Notes: generated by a model not told the origin, from the letters alone. A DNA stretch of 64,000 nt from a virus (IMGVR_UViG_3300036806_000217:1-64000), one strand, 5' to 3'; positions 18,436 through 27,687 are shown, counted from the stretch's first letter. Program-made: numbers and translations.

Positions 18436-19223
18436 TGACCCGCACGAAGACCCGCCAGCGCCCCGCCCCGCGCCGCGCCCGCACGAGTCCGCGCGAGGTC
18501 CGCATGCCGGTCCCGGGCCATGCCCGCGGCAAGGACGCCTACCTGGTGATCCGCCGCCGGGGCAGCCGGTGGGCCGTCCTGGACAGCTTCCGGGGCGCCC
18601 CGGCCTACGTGGGCGCCGCCGAGTTGTGGCAGGAACTGGCCAAGGCCGAGTCGGACGGCGAGGTGTACCGCTGGTCCGAGGCGGACGCGCGCCGGCTGAT
18701 GGCGCGGTTCGTGGAACAGGCGGTGGAGATCCACCTCAACATGCTTGGCCGACTCCGCCGCATCGAATCCCTGGCGGCCGACATGGCGCCGCCGGAGGTC
18801 ATGCCGCAGGTGCTGACGCCGGAGCAGGTCCGGGAGCGGCTGCGTCAGGCGGAGGCTGAGGTCGCCGCCGCCAGGACCAAGCGGGCGGAGCCGGTCGAGG
18901 AGCGCGTCTTCAACGTCCCGGCCGCCCTGGACCGGCCCGACTGGCAGCCGCCGCGCCCCGACCCCGCGCCCGACCCGCGCCTGCTCTCGCTGAAGGCCAT
19001 GGGCATCCCGGCGAACTGCGAGGACGCCACCGTGGGCCTGCCGCTGCTGCGCGTCCACGGGCCCGACGTCACGGCCGTGCTGCCGGTTGTGGCGCAGTGG
19101 CCGCCGCTGCCTGACAAGCCGCCCACGGTGCACCTCAAGCACCTCACCGAGTCGGCCCCGTCGGCTGGCGAAGACGCCCGCGCCTCGGTCGCTGACGCCC
19201 TCGCACCCGACCTCGTCCACTAG
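18435..19223 (+). CDS. Hypothetical protein
   Basis: TGATG overlap; 262 aa. Confidence 0.65.
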   Translation: MTRTKTRQRPAPRRARTSPREVRMPVPGHARGKDAYLVIRRRGSRWAVLDSFRGAPAYVGAAELWQELAKAESDGEVYRWSEADARRLMARFVEQAVEIHLNMLGRLRRIESLAADMAPPEVMPQVLTPEQVRERLRQAEAEVAAARTKRAEPVEERVFNVPAALDRPDWQPPRPDPAPDPRLLSLKAMGIPANCEDATVGLPLLRVHGPDVTAVLPVVAQWPPLPDKPPTVHLKHLTESAPSAGEDARASVADALAPDLVH

Positions 19224-19277
19224 CCACCGGGCGCCACCTCCCGGCGCCCGGCACCAACCACCCTTGAAAGGCCCGAC

Positions 19278-19895
19278 ATGACCAACCCCGACCGCCGCCT
19301 CATCGCGATCGTCCTGGACCGCTCCGGCAGCATGATCAACGTCAAGACCGACACCGAAGGCGGACTGCGCGCGTTCCTCGCCGAGCAGGCCAAGGCGCCC
19401 GGCGAGACCACCGTGTCGCTGTACCAGTTCGACGACCAGTACGAAGCCGTCCACGAGAACACGCCGCTCGCCGACGTCCCCGACTTCGTTCTGCACCCGC
19501 GCGGCATGACCGCGCTCCTGGACGCCGTCGGCCGCACCGTCAACGCGGTCGGCTCCCAGCTCGCCGCGATGTACGAGCCGGAGCGCCCGGGTGAGGTCGT
19601 CGTCGTGATCCTCACCGACGGCTGCGAGAACGCCTCCCACGAGTTCACGCTGCCCATGGTCAAGGATCTGATCACCCGCCAGCAGGACGACTACGGCTGG
19701 AAGTTCGTGTTCCTCGGCGCGGACCAGGATGCGTTCGAGGCCGCCGGGGGGATGGGCATCGCCCGCGGCACGACTCTCTCCTACGCCTCCGCGAACACCA
19801 CCGACTCGATGACCAAGGCCGGTCACATGGTCGCCCGGGGTACCGCGTCGGGGCTCTACGCCTTCACCGACGACGAGCGCGACCAGACCAGCTGA
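19278..19895 (+). CDS. Stand-alone vWA domain protein
   Basis: MIDAS motif LDRSGSM, GMTALLDA, ILTDGCEN. Confidence 0.9.
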   Translation: MTNPDRRLIAIVLDRSGSMINVKTDTEGGLRAFLAEQAKAPGETTVSLYQFDDQYEAVHENTPLADVPDFVLHPRGMTALLDAVGRTVNAVGSQLAAMYEPERPGEVVVVILTDGCENASHEFTLPMVKDLITRQQDDYGWKFVFLGADQDAFEAAGGMGIARGTTLSYASANTTDSMTKAGHMVARGTASGLYAFTDDERDQTS

Positions 19896-19970
19896 CCCGA
19901 CCGCTTCGACCGCGCGGCTCCAGCGTCGCCGCGCGGTCGGCCACCCGCCAACCAACCCCGGGGGAACCCC

Positions 19971-20090
19971 ATGCTGCTCTACCTCTTCACCACCCTGCAC
20001 CACCTCCCGCGACTCCTCGCCGGGCCGTTCACGGTCGCTGTCGCCCTGCTCCTCACCTACGGGCTCAGCGCCACCCGGGAGGAGTCGTGA
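19971..20090 (+). CDS. 39-aa hydrophobic peptide
   Basis: ATG...TGA; stop overlaps the next GTG. Confidence 0.5.
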   Translation: MLLYLFTTLHHLPRLLAGPFTVAVALLLTYGLSATREES

Positions 20091-20191
20091 ACCACCTCAT
20101 CACCCGCGCTGTCGGCATGCTCCTGGCCCTGCCGCTCGTCTGCGCCGAGATCGGACGCGGACTGCGGAAGCGGATCGGGGGTCAGCCGTGA
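20087..20191 (+). CDS. 34-aa hydrophobic peptide
   Basis: GGAGGAG RBS; GTGA overlaps at both ends. Confidence 0.55.
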   Translation: MNHLITRAVGMLLALPLVCAEIGRGLRKRIGGQP

Positions 20192-20439
20192 TCGCCCTCG
20201 CCGCCGTGGTCGCACTCGCCGCAACCGTCGCCATCTGGCGTGCCCTGCGCCGCGCCAGCAGGCACGTCGACGCGCTCCGGTGGGAGGAGTCGACGCGCAG
20301 CACCCGCGCCGACTACACCGCCACCGGCTGGCTGGCCATCGACCACGCCGAAGCCGCCATCCGCGCCGCCTACCGGACCCTCGCCGCCAGCCCTGCACTC
20401 TGCGAACTCCTCGACCAGGCACAGGACGGAGACCAGTGA
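20188..20439 (+). CDS. Small membrane-anchored protein
   Basis: N-terminal TM; GTGA overlaps. Confidence 0.65.
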   Translation: MIALAAVVALAATVAIWRALRRASRHVDALRWEESTRSTRADYTATGWLAIDHAEAAIRAAYRTLAASPALCELLDQAQDGDQ

Positions 20440-20543
20440 ACCTCCCCGAGAAACTCCTGCTCATCGCCGTCGTCTGGACCGCCCTGTCCGTCCCCGTCGG
20501 CCTGCTCATCGGCCGAGTCATCCGCCTCTGCGGGCGGCCGTGA
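20436..20543 (+). CDS. 35-aa membrane peptide
   Basis: GGAG RBS, GTGA overlap; LLLIAVVWTALSVPVGLLIG. Confidence 0.6.
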   Translation: MNLPEKLLLIAVVWTALSVPVGLLIGRVIRLCGRP

Positions 20544-20650
20544 TGACCCACCTCTCGTGGCCCGCGGTCTGCGCAGGCCTGGCGCTGCTCGAAGGGCTCC
20601 TCGGGCTGCTGCTCGCACCCATCTACCGTGACGAAAGGCAGGAACGATGA
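20543..20650 (+). CDS. 35-aa membrane peptide
   Basis: TGATG overlap; hydrophobic core. Confidence 0.55.
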   Translation: MTHLSWPAVCAGLALLEGLLGLLLAPIYRDERQER

Positions 20651-20928
20651 CCACCGCCTGGAGAGCCCGCGCCGCCTGCCAAGGCATGGACGGCGACATC
20701 TGGTTCCCCGTCAGCTACGACAACCCGGCCGACGCCATGCAGGTCCAGGCCGCCGTCTCGATCTGCCACCAGTGCCCCGTCCGCGAGCAGTGCCTCACCG
20801 AGGCCCTCGCCGACGAAGCCGGCCGCAAGCTCTACGCCCGCTACGGCATCCGCGGCGGCTACACCCCCCAGGGCCGCTACAACCACTACCGCCGGTCCGT
20901 CCACAACCGTCCCCGGGTTGCGGCATGA
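20647..20928 (+). CDS. whiB: WhiB-like Fe-S transcription factor
   Basis: WRARAAC...WFP...[10 protein letters not shown]...YGIRGG; four Cys conserved. Confidence 0.88.
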   Translation: MTTAWRARAACQGMDGDIWFPVSYDNPADAMQVQAAVSICHQCPVREQCLTEALADEAGRKLYARYGIRGGYTPQGRYNHYRRSVHNRPRVAA

Positions 20929-21527
20929 CCGGGCCCGTCGTGATCGGCCTCGACACCGCCATCGGCTCTGCCAGTTCCAGCGGCACCGGCATCGCCTCCT
21001 CCCTCGGCTGGTGCGAAAGCGTCGGCTACCCCGACCGCAAGAAGAAGGACCGGGCCTTCAGCGCACTCCCCCACCCCGAGCGCCTCGGCGAACTCACCCG
21101 CCTCGCCGCCCGGATCACCGAGACCATCGGCCGCCCCGACCTGGTCGTCATGGAACTCCCCGCACCCTCCCGCGCCGGCGGCGGCAGCCACGAACGGGCC
21201 TGGCTGTGGTGGGAGCTGTACCGGTGGCTGCACCGCCACGACATCCCCGTCGGCCTGCTGACGCCGAACCAGCGCGCCAAGTACGCCACCGGCCGCGGCA
21301 ACGCAGGCAAGCCGGCCGTCGTCGACGCCCAAGCCCGCCGCTGGCCCGCCTGGGAGACCGGCGGCGACGACAACCTCTGCGACGCGGTCGTGCTGATGGC
21401 CGCCGGCCGCGACTGGGCCGGCTGCCCGCTGGCCGCCGTCCCCAAGGCCCATCGGACCGCGGTCGACAACGCCCAGTGGCCCGAGGGCTTCACCTACACC
21501 CGCACTACTCACCTGAGGAGCGCCTAA
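20925..21527 (+). CDS. RuvC-like Holliday junction resolvase
   Basis: VIGLD...TGIA, LVVME, K.ATG.GNA.K, DDNLCDA. Confidence 0.82.
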   Translation: MTGPVVIGLDTAIGSASSSGTGIASSLGWCESVGYPDRKKKDRAFSALPHPERLGELTRLAARITETIGRPDLVVMELPAPSRAGGGSHERAWLWWELYRWLHRHDIPVGLLTPNQRAKYATGRGNAGKPAVVDAQARRWPAWETGGDDNLCDAVVLMAAGRDWAGCPLAAVPKAHRTAVDNAQWPEGFTYTRTTHLRSA

Positions 21528-21529
21528 CC

Positions 21530-22060
21530 ATGGCTGGAGAAACGCAGATCACCCTGGTCGGCAACGTCATCGCTGATCCCGAGTTGAGGTTCACCCCGTC
21601 GGGCGCGGCGGTCGCCAACTTCCGCATGGCGTCGACGCCGCGGACCTTCGACAAGCAGACGAACGAGTGGAAGGACGGCGAGGCGCTGTTCCTGACCGTG
21701 AACGTGTGGCGGCAGCAGGCCGAGCAGGTTGCCGAGTCGGTGACCAAGGGCGTGCGGGTGGTCGTCGTGGGCGCGCTGAAGTCCCGGACCTACGACACGA
21801 AGGAGGGCGAGAAGCGCACGGTCTTCGAGGTTGAGGCGGAGGACGTGGCGGTGTCGCTGAAGTTCGCGACCGCCAAGGTCACCCGGGCGCAGGGCGGTGG
21901 GGGCGGTGGCCAGCGCCAGCAGTCCGGCGGCCAGCAGCAGGGCGGCGGGTGGGGCTCGGCTCCGCCGCAGCAGCAGCGCCAGCCGCAGGGTGCGGGCGGC
22001 GGATGGGGTGCGCCGCAGGGGCAGCAGTCCGGCGGGTTCTCTGACGAGCCGCCGTTCTGA
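21530..22060 (+). CDS. ssb: Single-stranded DNA-binding protein
   Basis: [26 protein letters not shown]...; Gly/Gln-rich tail ending DEPPF. Confidence 0.97.
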   Translation: MAGETQITLVGNVIADPELRFTPSGAAVANFRMASTPRTFDKQTNEWKDGEALFLTVNVWRQQAEQVAESVTKGVRVVVVGALKSRTYDTKEGEKRTVFEVEAEDVAVSLKFATAKVTRAQGGGGGGQRQQSGGQQQGGGWGSAPPQQQRQPQGAGGGWGAPQGQQSGGFSDEPPF

Positions 22061-22250
22061 CCCAGGTCTCCCGCCTGGACGGCCCGTGCACGTGGGGCTG
22101 TCCGGGCGGCCCGTGCGGGCGCGAGGACACGCGCCCGTATCCGGAGGGTCCGCGGTGCGGGGATCACGCGCCGTGGGCCCGCGCCGGCCGGCAAGAGCCA
22201 GGACGTGTCAGGGACCGAAAGGAGGATGCGCAGTGATGGGGATGCGGAAG

Positions 22251-22433
22251 TCAGGAGTCGCTGGACGCCTCGGTGCGCTGCTTGCGCTGGAAGGCCGCGA
22301 CCTCGCGCTTGATGTACAGCCGCAGGTCGTCCGACCGCGAGATGCCCTTCGCCGCGCACACGTCGGCATACGCGTCCCACGTCTCGCTGTCGAGACGGAA
22401 GACGCGGTTCGGCATGGGGTCGCGGGTGGCCAT
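22251..22433 (-). CDS. Ribbon-helix-helix DNA-binding protein
   Basis: PNRVFRLDSETWDAY...GISRSDDLRLYI. Confidence 0.7.
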   Translation of the reverse strand: MATRDPMPNRVFRLDSETWDAYADVCAAKGISRSDDLRLYIKREVAAFQRKQRTEASSDS

Positions 22434-22505
22434 GGCAAAAGGCTAGCCGATGTACACGCATGTAGTCGACAGGGCGACATGCCCCAACGGCCAGTTCTGC
22501 ACCCC

Positions 22506-22565
22506 TTTTGCATAGGCGTTTGTCGGCTCCAGCTGATAGCGTTTTGCATATGCGATTCGGCTCCA
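22506..22565 (+). repeat. Imperfect direct repeat, 36-bp period
   Basis: TTTTGCATAGGCGTTTGTCGGCTCCA and TTTTGCATATGCGATTCGGCTCCA. Confidence 0.7.
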
Positions 22566-22669
22566 CTTGAGCCCGAGTCAGCCACCGCGCTGCCTAGGCG
22601 CAGCAGGGATCCGCCCCAGGTACGGGACTCACGCCGCCCTGCATAGCCCAACACCCCGAAAGGACCCCC

Positions 22670-23041
22670 GTGCTCAACAAGGCAACCGGCGAGATCGACG
22701 ACGTCATGGAAATCTCCGCCCTCCTCCTGGACCACCTCAACGGCCGCTCCCACGAAGAGATCAGCCACGAGTTCCACCAGCTCGTCGAAGCCGTCCAGGC
22801 CCACGGCAAAAAGGGCGCCCTGAACATCTCGTTCACCGTCGAGCCCCCCGCCTCCGGCATGGACGGCTCCCCGATCTCCATCTCCATCGAGTCCACCGTC
22901 AAGGCCCCCAAGGCCACCCCGCCCAAGGCCATCTACTTCGTCGACGGCGACGGCAACCCCTCCCGGCAGGACCCCCGCCAGATGTCGTTCGACCTGCGCG
23001 ACAACACCCCCGCCCCCACCAAGCTCAGGAACGAGAACTGA
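22670..23041 (+). CDS. YfdP-like partner of DUF2303
   Basis: LVEAV..HGKKGAL...K.PK......FVD.DGNPSR.DPRQ pattern; adjacent to DUF2303. Confidence 0.7.
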   Translation: MLNKATGEIDDVMEISALLLDHLNGRSHEEISHEFHQLVEAVQAHGKKGALNISFTVEPPASGMDGSPISISIESTVKAPKATPPKAIYFVDGDGNPSRQDPRQMSFDLRDNTPAPTKLRNEN

Positions 23042-23865
23042 TGACCGACATCGACAACGTCCAGGCCGTCATCGACACCGCCAAGCAGGCCAGCACCGCC
23101 CAGGAACTCCAGGTCGGGAAGATCTACACCGTCGCCCTCGGCGCCGGCTGCAGCAAGACCATCGACCTGACCGGCGACGAGTGGAAGGCCACGCCCAGCC
23201 GCAAGACCGGCAGCACCACCGTCCGCGACGTGCCCTCGTTCCTCGCCTACTACGGCAAGCACGCCGACGACAGCACCGAGGTGTACGCCGACGTCGACCG
23301 CCACACCGTCACCGCGGTCCTCGACGCCCACGCCGCCGACGCCGACGGCGCCCGCTGGGGCAGCCACCGCGTCGCCCTGGCCCTGCGCACCACCCAGTCG
23401 TGGAGGGACTGGACCGGCCACTCCGGAAAGCTCATGAGCCAGGACGAGTTCGCGGAGTTCCTCGAAGACCACGTCTCGGAGCTGGTGGCGCCCGCCGCCG
23501 CCGAGATGCTGGAGATCGCCCAGTCCCTCCAGGCAGCCACGAAGGTCGAGTTCAAGTCCGCGTCCCGGCTCGCCGACGGGCAGCGGCAGTTCGAGTTCGT
23601 GGAGACCGTCCAGGCCAAGGCCGGAACGAAGGGCCAGCTCACCATCCCGGAGAGCTTCAAGATCGGCGTGAAGGTCTTCGAGGGCGCCGAGGTCGGAGAC
23701 ACCGTCACCGCCCTGCTCCGGTACCGCATCAACGGCGACAAGCTGACCATCGGCTACAAGCTCCAGCAGCCCCAGGACGTCCTGACCATCGCGTTCCAGG
23801 ACGTCGTCACCGCGGTCGGCGAAGGCATCAACGGCGGCACCGTCCTGAACGGCACCCCGGCTTGA
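23041..23865 (+). CDS. DUF2303 (YfdQ-like) protein
   Basis: TAVLDAH...WGSHR, MSQDEFAEFLEDH, LTIPESF.I...VFEG, LRYR. Confidence 0.85.
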   Translation: MTDIDNVQAVIDTAKQASTAQELQVGKIYTVALGAGCSKTIDLTGDEWKATPSRKTGSTTVRDVPSFLAYYGKHADDSTEVYADVDRHTVTAVLDAHAADADGARWGSHRVALALRTTQSWRDWTGHSGKLMSQDEFAEFLEDHVSELVAPAAAEMLEIAQSLQAATKVEFKSASRLADGQRQFEFVETVQAKAGTKGQLTIPESFKIGVKVFEGAEVGDTVTALLRYRINGDKLTIGYKLQQPQDVLTIAFQDVVTAVGEGINGGTVLNGTPA

Positions 23866-24119
23866 TCCCCACGGGCAGCAACCGCAGCGCGGGCAGCAAC
23901 ATCCTCTGCCCGCGCTGCGGCGCGCCCGTGATCACCACCCCCGACGGCGAGCTCCTCAACCCCGAGACCGACCCCCTGGGCCTCCACCTGCCCGACGGCG
24001 GACGCCTCGACGCCACCCAGGCCCTGCCGATCCTCGCCGGACGCGCCCCGCCCCGCGGCCACCACCGACATGCCCCCGGTCCCTACGGCTGCAACCCAGC
24101 ACCTCTCACATTGTTCTGA
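23862..24119 (+). CDS. Small hypothetical protein
   Basis: TTGA overlap; CPRC...H...C. Confidence 0.55.
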   Translation: MIPTGSNRSAGSNILCPRCGAPVITTPDGELLNPETDPLGLHLPDGGRLDATQALPILAGRAPPRGHHRHAPGPYGCNPAPLTLF

Positions 24120-24138
24120 GCACGAGGAGCACCACGAC

Positions 24139-25893
24139 GTGGACAACGTCCGCCACATCGACGACCCCCGCACCGGGGACGACGGCACCGGGCGGCCCCC
24201 CAGCCTCGACGACGACGCCGAGCAGTACCTCATGGCCGCCATCCTCGACAGCCCCCGCGGCTACCAGGAAGCCGCCGAGGTCGTGGACCGCGTCGACATC
24301 GAGAAGCCCGGCTACCGGCTGATCTGGGACGTCACCGGCCAGCTCGTCCAGGCCGGGCAGCCGTCCCACTTCATCGCCGTGCGCGCCGAGATCGAACGCC
24401 TCGGCCGGATGCGGGACATCGGGCACGGCAAGCTCATCGACGACCTGTCCGCGGTCAACATGCCCGCCGGGTCGGCCGGCTACTTCGCCGAGAAGATCGC
24501 CAAGAACGGGCGGGCCCACCGCGCCCGCACCGTAGCCCTGCGGCTGCGGAATGCCGCCGACGACCCGAACGCGGACGTCGACGTCTTCGACAAGATCCTC
24601 ACCGAGTACTGGACCTACGAGGCCCAGCGCGCGATGGGCACCAGCGGCCCAGCCAGCCGCGTCGACGCCCTCATCGCCGAGATGCTCGACACCAAGGCCC
24701 TGGACGACATGCCCGCCCTGGAGCCGCTCCTCGGGGACCTGCTGCACCTGGACACCCTCGCCCGCGTCATCGGCCCCTCCGGCCACATGAAGAGCTTCGC
24801 GGTCATCGACTTCGCCGGCCACATCGGCACCGGCCGCCGCTGGCACGGCCGCTACGTGCGCCAAGGCCTGGTGGTGTACCTCGTCGCCGAAGGCTCCGGC
24901 GGCATCCGCAAGCGCGTCCGCGCCTGGGAGCGGCACCACGGCGTCGCCATGGAGCACGTCCTGTTCCTGCCCCGCCCCGTCCAGGCCATGGACTCCGAGT
25001 GGCTCACCCTCATTGAGGCCTGCCGGCGCCTGGGCCCGGCGCTGGTCATCGTCGACACCCAGGCCCGCGTCTCGGTCGGGGTGGAGGAGAACTCGGCGAA
25101 GGAACTCGGCCTGGTCATCGACCGCATGGAGCAGCTGCGCGCCGCAACCCGCGCCTGCATCCTGCTGATCCACCACACCGGCCACGTCGGCGACCACGGC
25201 CGCGGCTCCACCTCCGCCAAGGGCGCCCTGCAGTCCGAGCTCCACGTCTCCAAGAAGGGCGACCGGGCCGCGAACACCATCGTCACGATCAAGACCGGCA
25301 AGCAGAAGGACGACGAGCAGGACGGCGACATCCAGTTCGGGCTGAAGGTCGTGAACCTGCCCGGCGAGGCGAAGCCCGACGGTCGGCCCGTCACCTCCGT
25401 GGTCCTGGTACCGCTCGGGGAGGCGTCACAGGCCTCCGGATTCGAGGCCCCAGAGGGCACCGTCGACTGGCTCGTGCAGAAACTCGACGCCGCGAAGGTC
25501 CCCGCGGACTGGGGCAATCGGCTCGTCAAAAAGTGGTTCATCGATCAAGGAGTCCCGGCCGGCAGCACGAAGGTCGAGGAGGTCGTGAGGCTGCGGAAGT
25601 CGCGTGTTTCAGACGTTCCCCCGCATGTTCCCTACCAGCCAGTAACAGAAATGTTCCCCCAAGCCGGGGAACACGAAGACGTTTCCGCAGGTCAGACGTT
25701 CCCCGGGAACGTCGGGGGAACACCGGGGACCCCCGTTCCCCCGCAGACGTTCCCCCGCCCTCCTTCTAGGGAGGGGGAACGCAAGGACGGCGACCCGATA
25801 TGCGCCTCCTGCGACAAGCCCATGGACCCCGCCTGGAAAGCCCGCGGATACGACACCCACGTCATCTGCGACACCACCGGAGAACCCGCATGA
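24139..25893 (+). CDS. Replicative helicase: DnaB-N-like domain + RepA/AAA_25 ATPase + C-terminal Zn motif
   Basis: PPSLDDDAEQYLMAAIL N-domain; Walker A variant GPSGHMKS; YLVAEG; Walker B LVIVDT; IHHTG...RGSTS. Confidence 0.85.
   Translation: MDNVRHIDDPRTGDDGTGRPPSLDDDAEQYLMAAILDSPRGYQEAAEVVDRVDIEKPGYRLIWDVTGQLVQAGQPSHFIAVRAEIERLGRMRDIGHGKLIDDLSAVNMPAGSAGYFAEKIAKNGRAHRARTVALRLRNAADDPNADVDVFDKILTEYWTYEAQRAMGTSGPASRVDALIAEMLDTKALDDMPALEPLLGDLLHLDTLARVIGPSGHMKSFAVIDFAGHIGTGRRWHGRYVRQGLVVYLVAEGSGGIRKRVRAWERHHGVAMEHVLFLPRPVQAMDSEWLTLIEACRRLGPALVIVDTQARVSVGVEENSAKELGLVIDRMEQLRAATRACILLIHHTGHVGDHGRGSTSAKGALQSELHVSKKGDRAANTIVTIKTGKQKDDEQDGDIQFGLKVVNLPGEAKPDGRPVTSVVLVPLGEASQASGFEAPEGTVDWLVQKLDAAKVPADWGNRLVKKWFIDQGVPAGSTKVEEVVRLRKSRVSDVPPHVPYQPVTEMFPQAGEHEDVSAGQTFPGNVGGTPGTPVPPQTFPRPPSREGERKDGDPICASCDKPMDPAWKARGYDTHVICDTTGEPA
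25615..25780. repeat. Iteron-like GTTCCC(C)/GGGAAC cluster, candidate replication origin
   Basis: About 10 copies in both orientations within 165 bp of the helicase 3' region. Confidence 0.7.
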
Positions 25894-26111
25894 ACCACAC
25901 CCGCACCAACCGATCCGACCTCGCCGTCGGCCACCTCGACCCAGTCGCCATTGCTGCCGCCTACCAGTGCGGCCACTGCGACAGCGACCCGCCCACCCTC
26001 GACCTTGACCGCAACGGCGTCTGGCACATCCACATCGGCCACGACGACAGCTGTCCGGTCCTCGCCGGCACCCTCACCGGCGCACCCGACCTCGCCCGAA
26101 GTCTGCGCTGA
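25890..26111 (+). CDS. Small Zn-binding-like protein
   Basis: ATGA overlap; CGHC...HDDSCP. Confidence 0.7.
   Translation: MNHTRTNRSDLAVGHLDPVAIAAAYQCGHCDSDPPTLDLDRNGVWHIHIGHDDSCPVLAGTLTGAPDLARSLR
26068..26092 (+). repeat. 25-bp perfect direct repeat, copy 1
   Basis: GCACCCTCACCGGCGCACCCGACCT, identical at 28515-28539. Confidence 0.85.
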
Positions 26112-26193
26112 CCCGCCGTCAAGGACACATGCCGCCAGACAGCCGTTCCTGAGGCCCCAATGCCGTCCCACAAACGGCGCCGCATCCGAGGAG

Positions 26194-26508
26194 ATGACCA
26201 TGCCAGCCCCCGTCTCGAAGGCCAGGATCGACCGCCTCGCCGAGAAGATCACCACACGATTGAAGCGCGGCTGCGGCGAGTACCAGCTGCGCTACGACGT
26301 CGAGGAGCTGCAGCACTTCGCCCGCTGGGCGGCCGAGGTTGCATTGCAGGATGCGCAGCGCGGCCAGCCCCAGGACGTCGCAGTATCGCCCGCGCCCGTC
26401 GTGGCCGCGCCTGGGGCCTGCGACCCCCCTGGGGCGGGCGCAGCGCCTCCGATCGTCTCCCAGGCCGTCACAGGGCCCTCTGAGGCCGTCGGGCAGGTGC
26501 AGCCGTGA
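26194..26508 (+). CDS. Hypothetical protein
   Basis: GAGGAG RBS; stop overlaps the next start. Confidence 0.55.
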   Translation: MTMPAPVSKARIDRLAEKITTRLKRGCGEYQLRYDVEELQHFARWAAEVALQDAQRGQPQDVAVSPAPVVAAPGACDPPGAGAAPPIVSQAVTGPSEAVGQVQP

Positions 26509-26927
26509 CCGCGCCGTTCTCCCCCGCCGATCTCGCCCTGGTCGCGCTCATCGCCGAAGGCCACGGCAACCGCGACATCGCCGCGAAGCTGGACCTGACC
26601 CTGGGCACACTCAAGTACCGCATCGAATGCCTGATCCGCAGCCGGCGCACCTGCAGCCGGGCAGCCCTCGTCGCCCAGGCCTGCCACGCCGGACAGCTCG
26701 GACCAGCGGCCAGCGAGCCGCTCGTGCTGCCGTGCCGGCTGCGGGAGATCCTGCCGGGCCTCGCCGCCGGATGGAGCAACCCACGGATCGGGAAGAGCCT
26801 GTTCCTGTCGGCGGACACCGTGAAGGGGCGCGAGGTGCAGCTGTTCGCGCTGCTCGGGGCCAACGGGCGGGCCAACGCGATCCTGCTGGCGTATCGGGCT
26901 GGACTGCTGCAGGAGGCGGGACGGTGA
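26505..26927 (+). CDS. Tandem LuxR-type HTH protein
   Basis: Two LuxR HTHs: IAEGHGNRDIAAKLDLTLGTLK and LAAGWSNPRIGKSLFLSADTVK. Confidence 0.85.
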   Translation: MTAPFSPADLALVALIAEGHGNRDIAAKLDLTLGTLKYRIECLIRSRRTCSRAALVAQACHAGQLGPAASEPLVLPCRLREILPGLAAGWSNPRIGKSLFLSADTVKGREVQLFALLGANGRANAILLAYRAGLLQEAGR

Positions 26928-27382
26928 CCGCCCTCCTGATCCTCGGCACCGGCTCCCGCCACCTGGGCCTGCACCAGTGGGCCAAGCCCGACCGCGCGCT
27001 GGTCGACGTGACGCTGATGGACTGCTGGCACGACGCCGTTCAGGACGGCTACGACGGCATCCGGCTGCTCCAGGGCGAGGCTGACGGCGCGGACACGCTC
27101 ATGCGGGAGTGGGCCGTGGGCTGCGGCGTGCCCGTGGAGGGCATGGCGGCCCGCTGGCAGGAGTGCGGGACGACGTGCCCCGAGGGGCATCTGATCACGC
27201 GTCGGGGCCGCACGTGGTGTCCGACGGCCGGGTTCCGCCGCAACCAGGCCATGGTCGACCGGCAGCCCGGATGGGTCGTCGCGTTCCTGATTGCGGGCAT
27301 GCCGTGCAAGGGCACCCGGGACTGCGCGACGCGGGCCGTGCGGGCCGGGATTCCGGTGCTGACCGTGGAGGCCGCACGGTGA
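26924..27382 (+). CDS. SLOG-superfamily (DUF2493-like) nucleotide-binding protein
   Basis: ILGTGSR, QGEADGAD, AGFRRNQAMVD, GTRDC...A.RAGIPV. Confidence 0.8.
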   Translation: MTALLILGTGSRHLGLHQWAKPDRALVDVTLMDCWHDAVQDGYDGIRLLQGEADGADTLMREWAVGCGVPVEGMAARWQECGTTCPEGHLITRRGRTWCPTAGFRRNQAMVDRQPGWVVAFLIAGMPCKGTRDCATRAVRAGIPVLTVEAAR

Positions 27383-27444
27383 CCGCCCCCACGCAGCACG
27401 ACGGCCCGGTCGGCGACGCGGACCGGGCGGAGGAGACGGCGGGG

Positions 27445-27687
27445 CTACTCGGCGGCGGGGTCGGTGGGCTCGGCGGCTCGCTTGGCGTCGACCTCGTCGG
27501 CGAGCTTGCGCGCCCACTCGCGGCTGTAGGGCACGTGCTTCTCGATGGTGGTCAGCGGGACTCCGGCGTTGCGGGCGTCGGCGATGAGTTCGGAGAGGGC
27601 GTCCTTGGCGGCCTTGTGCTTGCCGCTGGCGGCTTCGAGTCTCCGCAGCCAGGCGGCCATTTCCTTGGGCGGGGGCTTGGGCGTCAT
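27445..27687 (-). CDS. Small HTH regulator (opposite strand)
   Basis: IADARNAGVPLTTIEKHVPYSREWARKL. Confidence 0.7.
   Translation of the reverse strand: MTPKPPPKEMAAWLRRLEAASGKHKAAKDALSELIADARNAGVPLTTIEKHVPYSREWARKLADEVDAKRAAEPTDPAAE

Noticed and set aside
21890-22040. CAG/GGC-rich repeats
   Set aside because: They encode the normal Gly/Gln-rich tail of SSB.
25615-25780. GTTCCCC(GC) repeats resembling the start of type I-E CRISPR repeats
   Set aside because: Only 6-9 bp long, irregularly spaced, in both orientations and inside a CDS; no cas genes. Treated as iterons instead.
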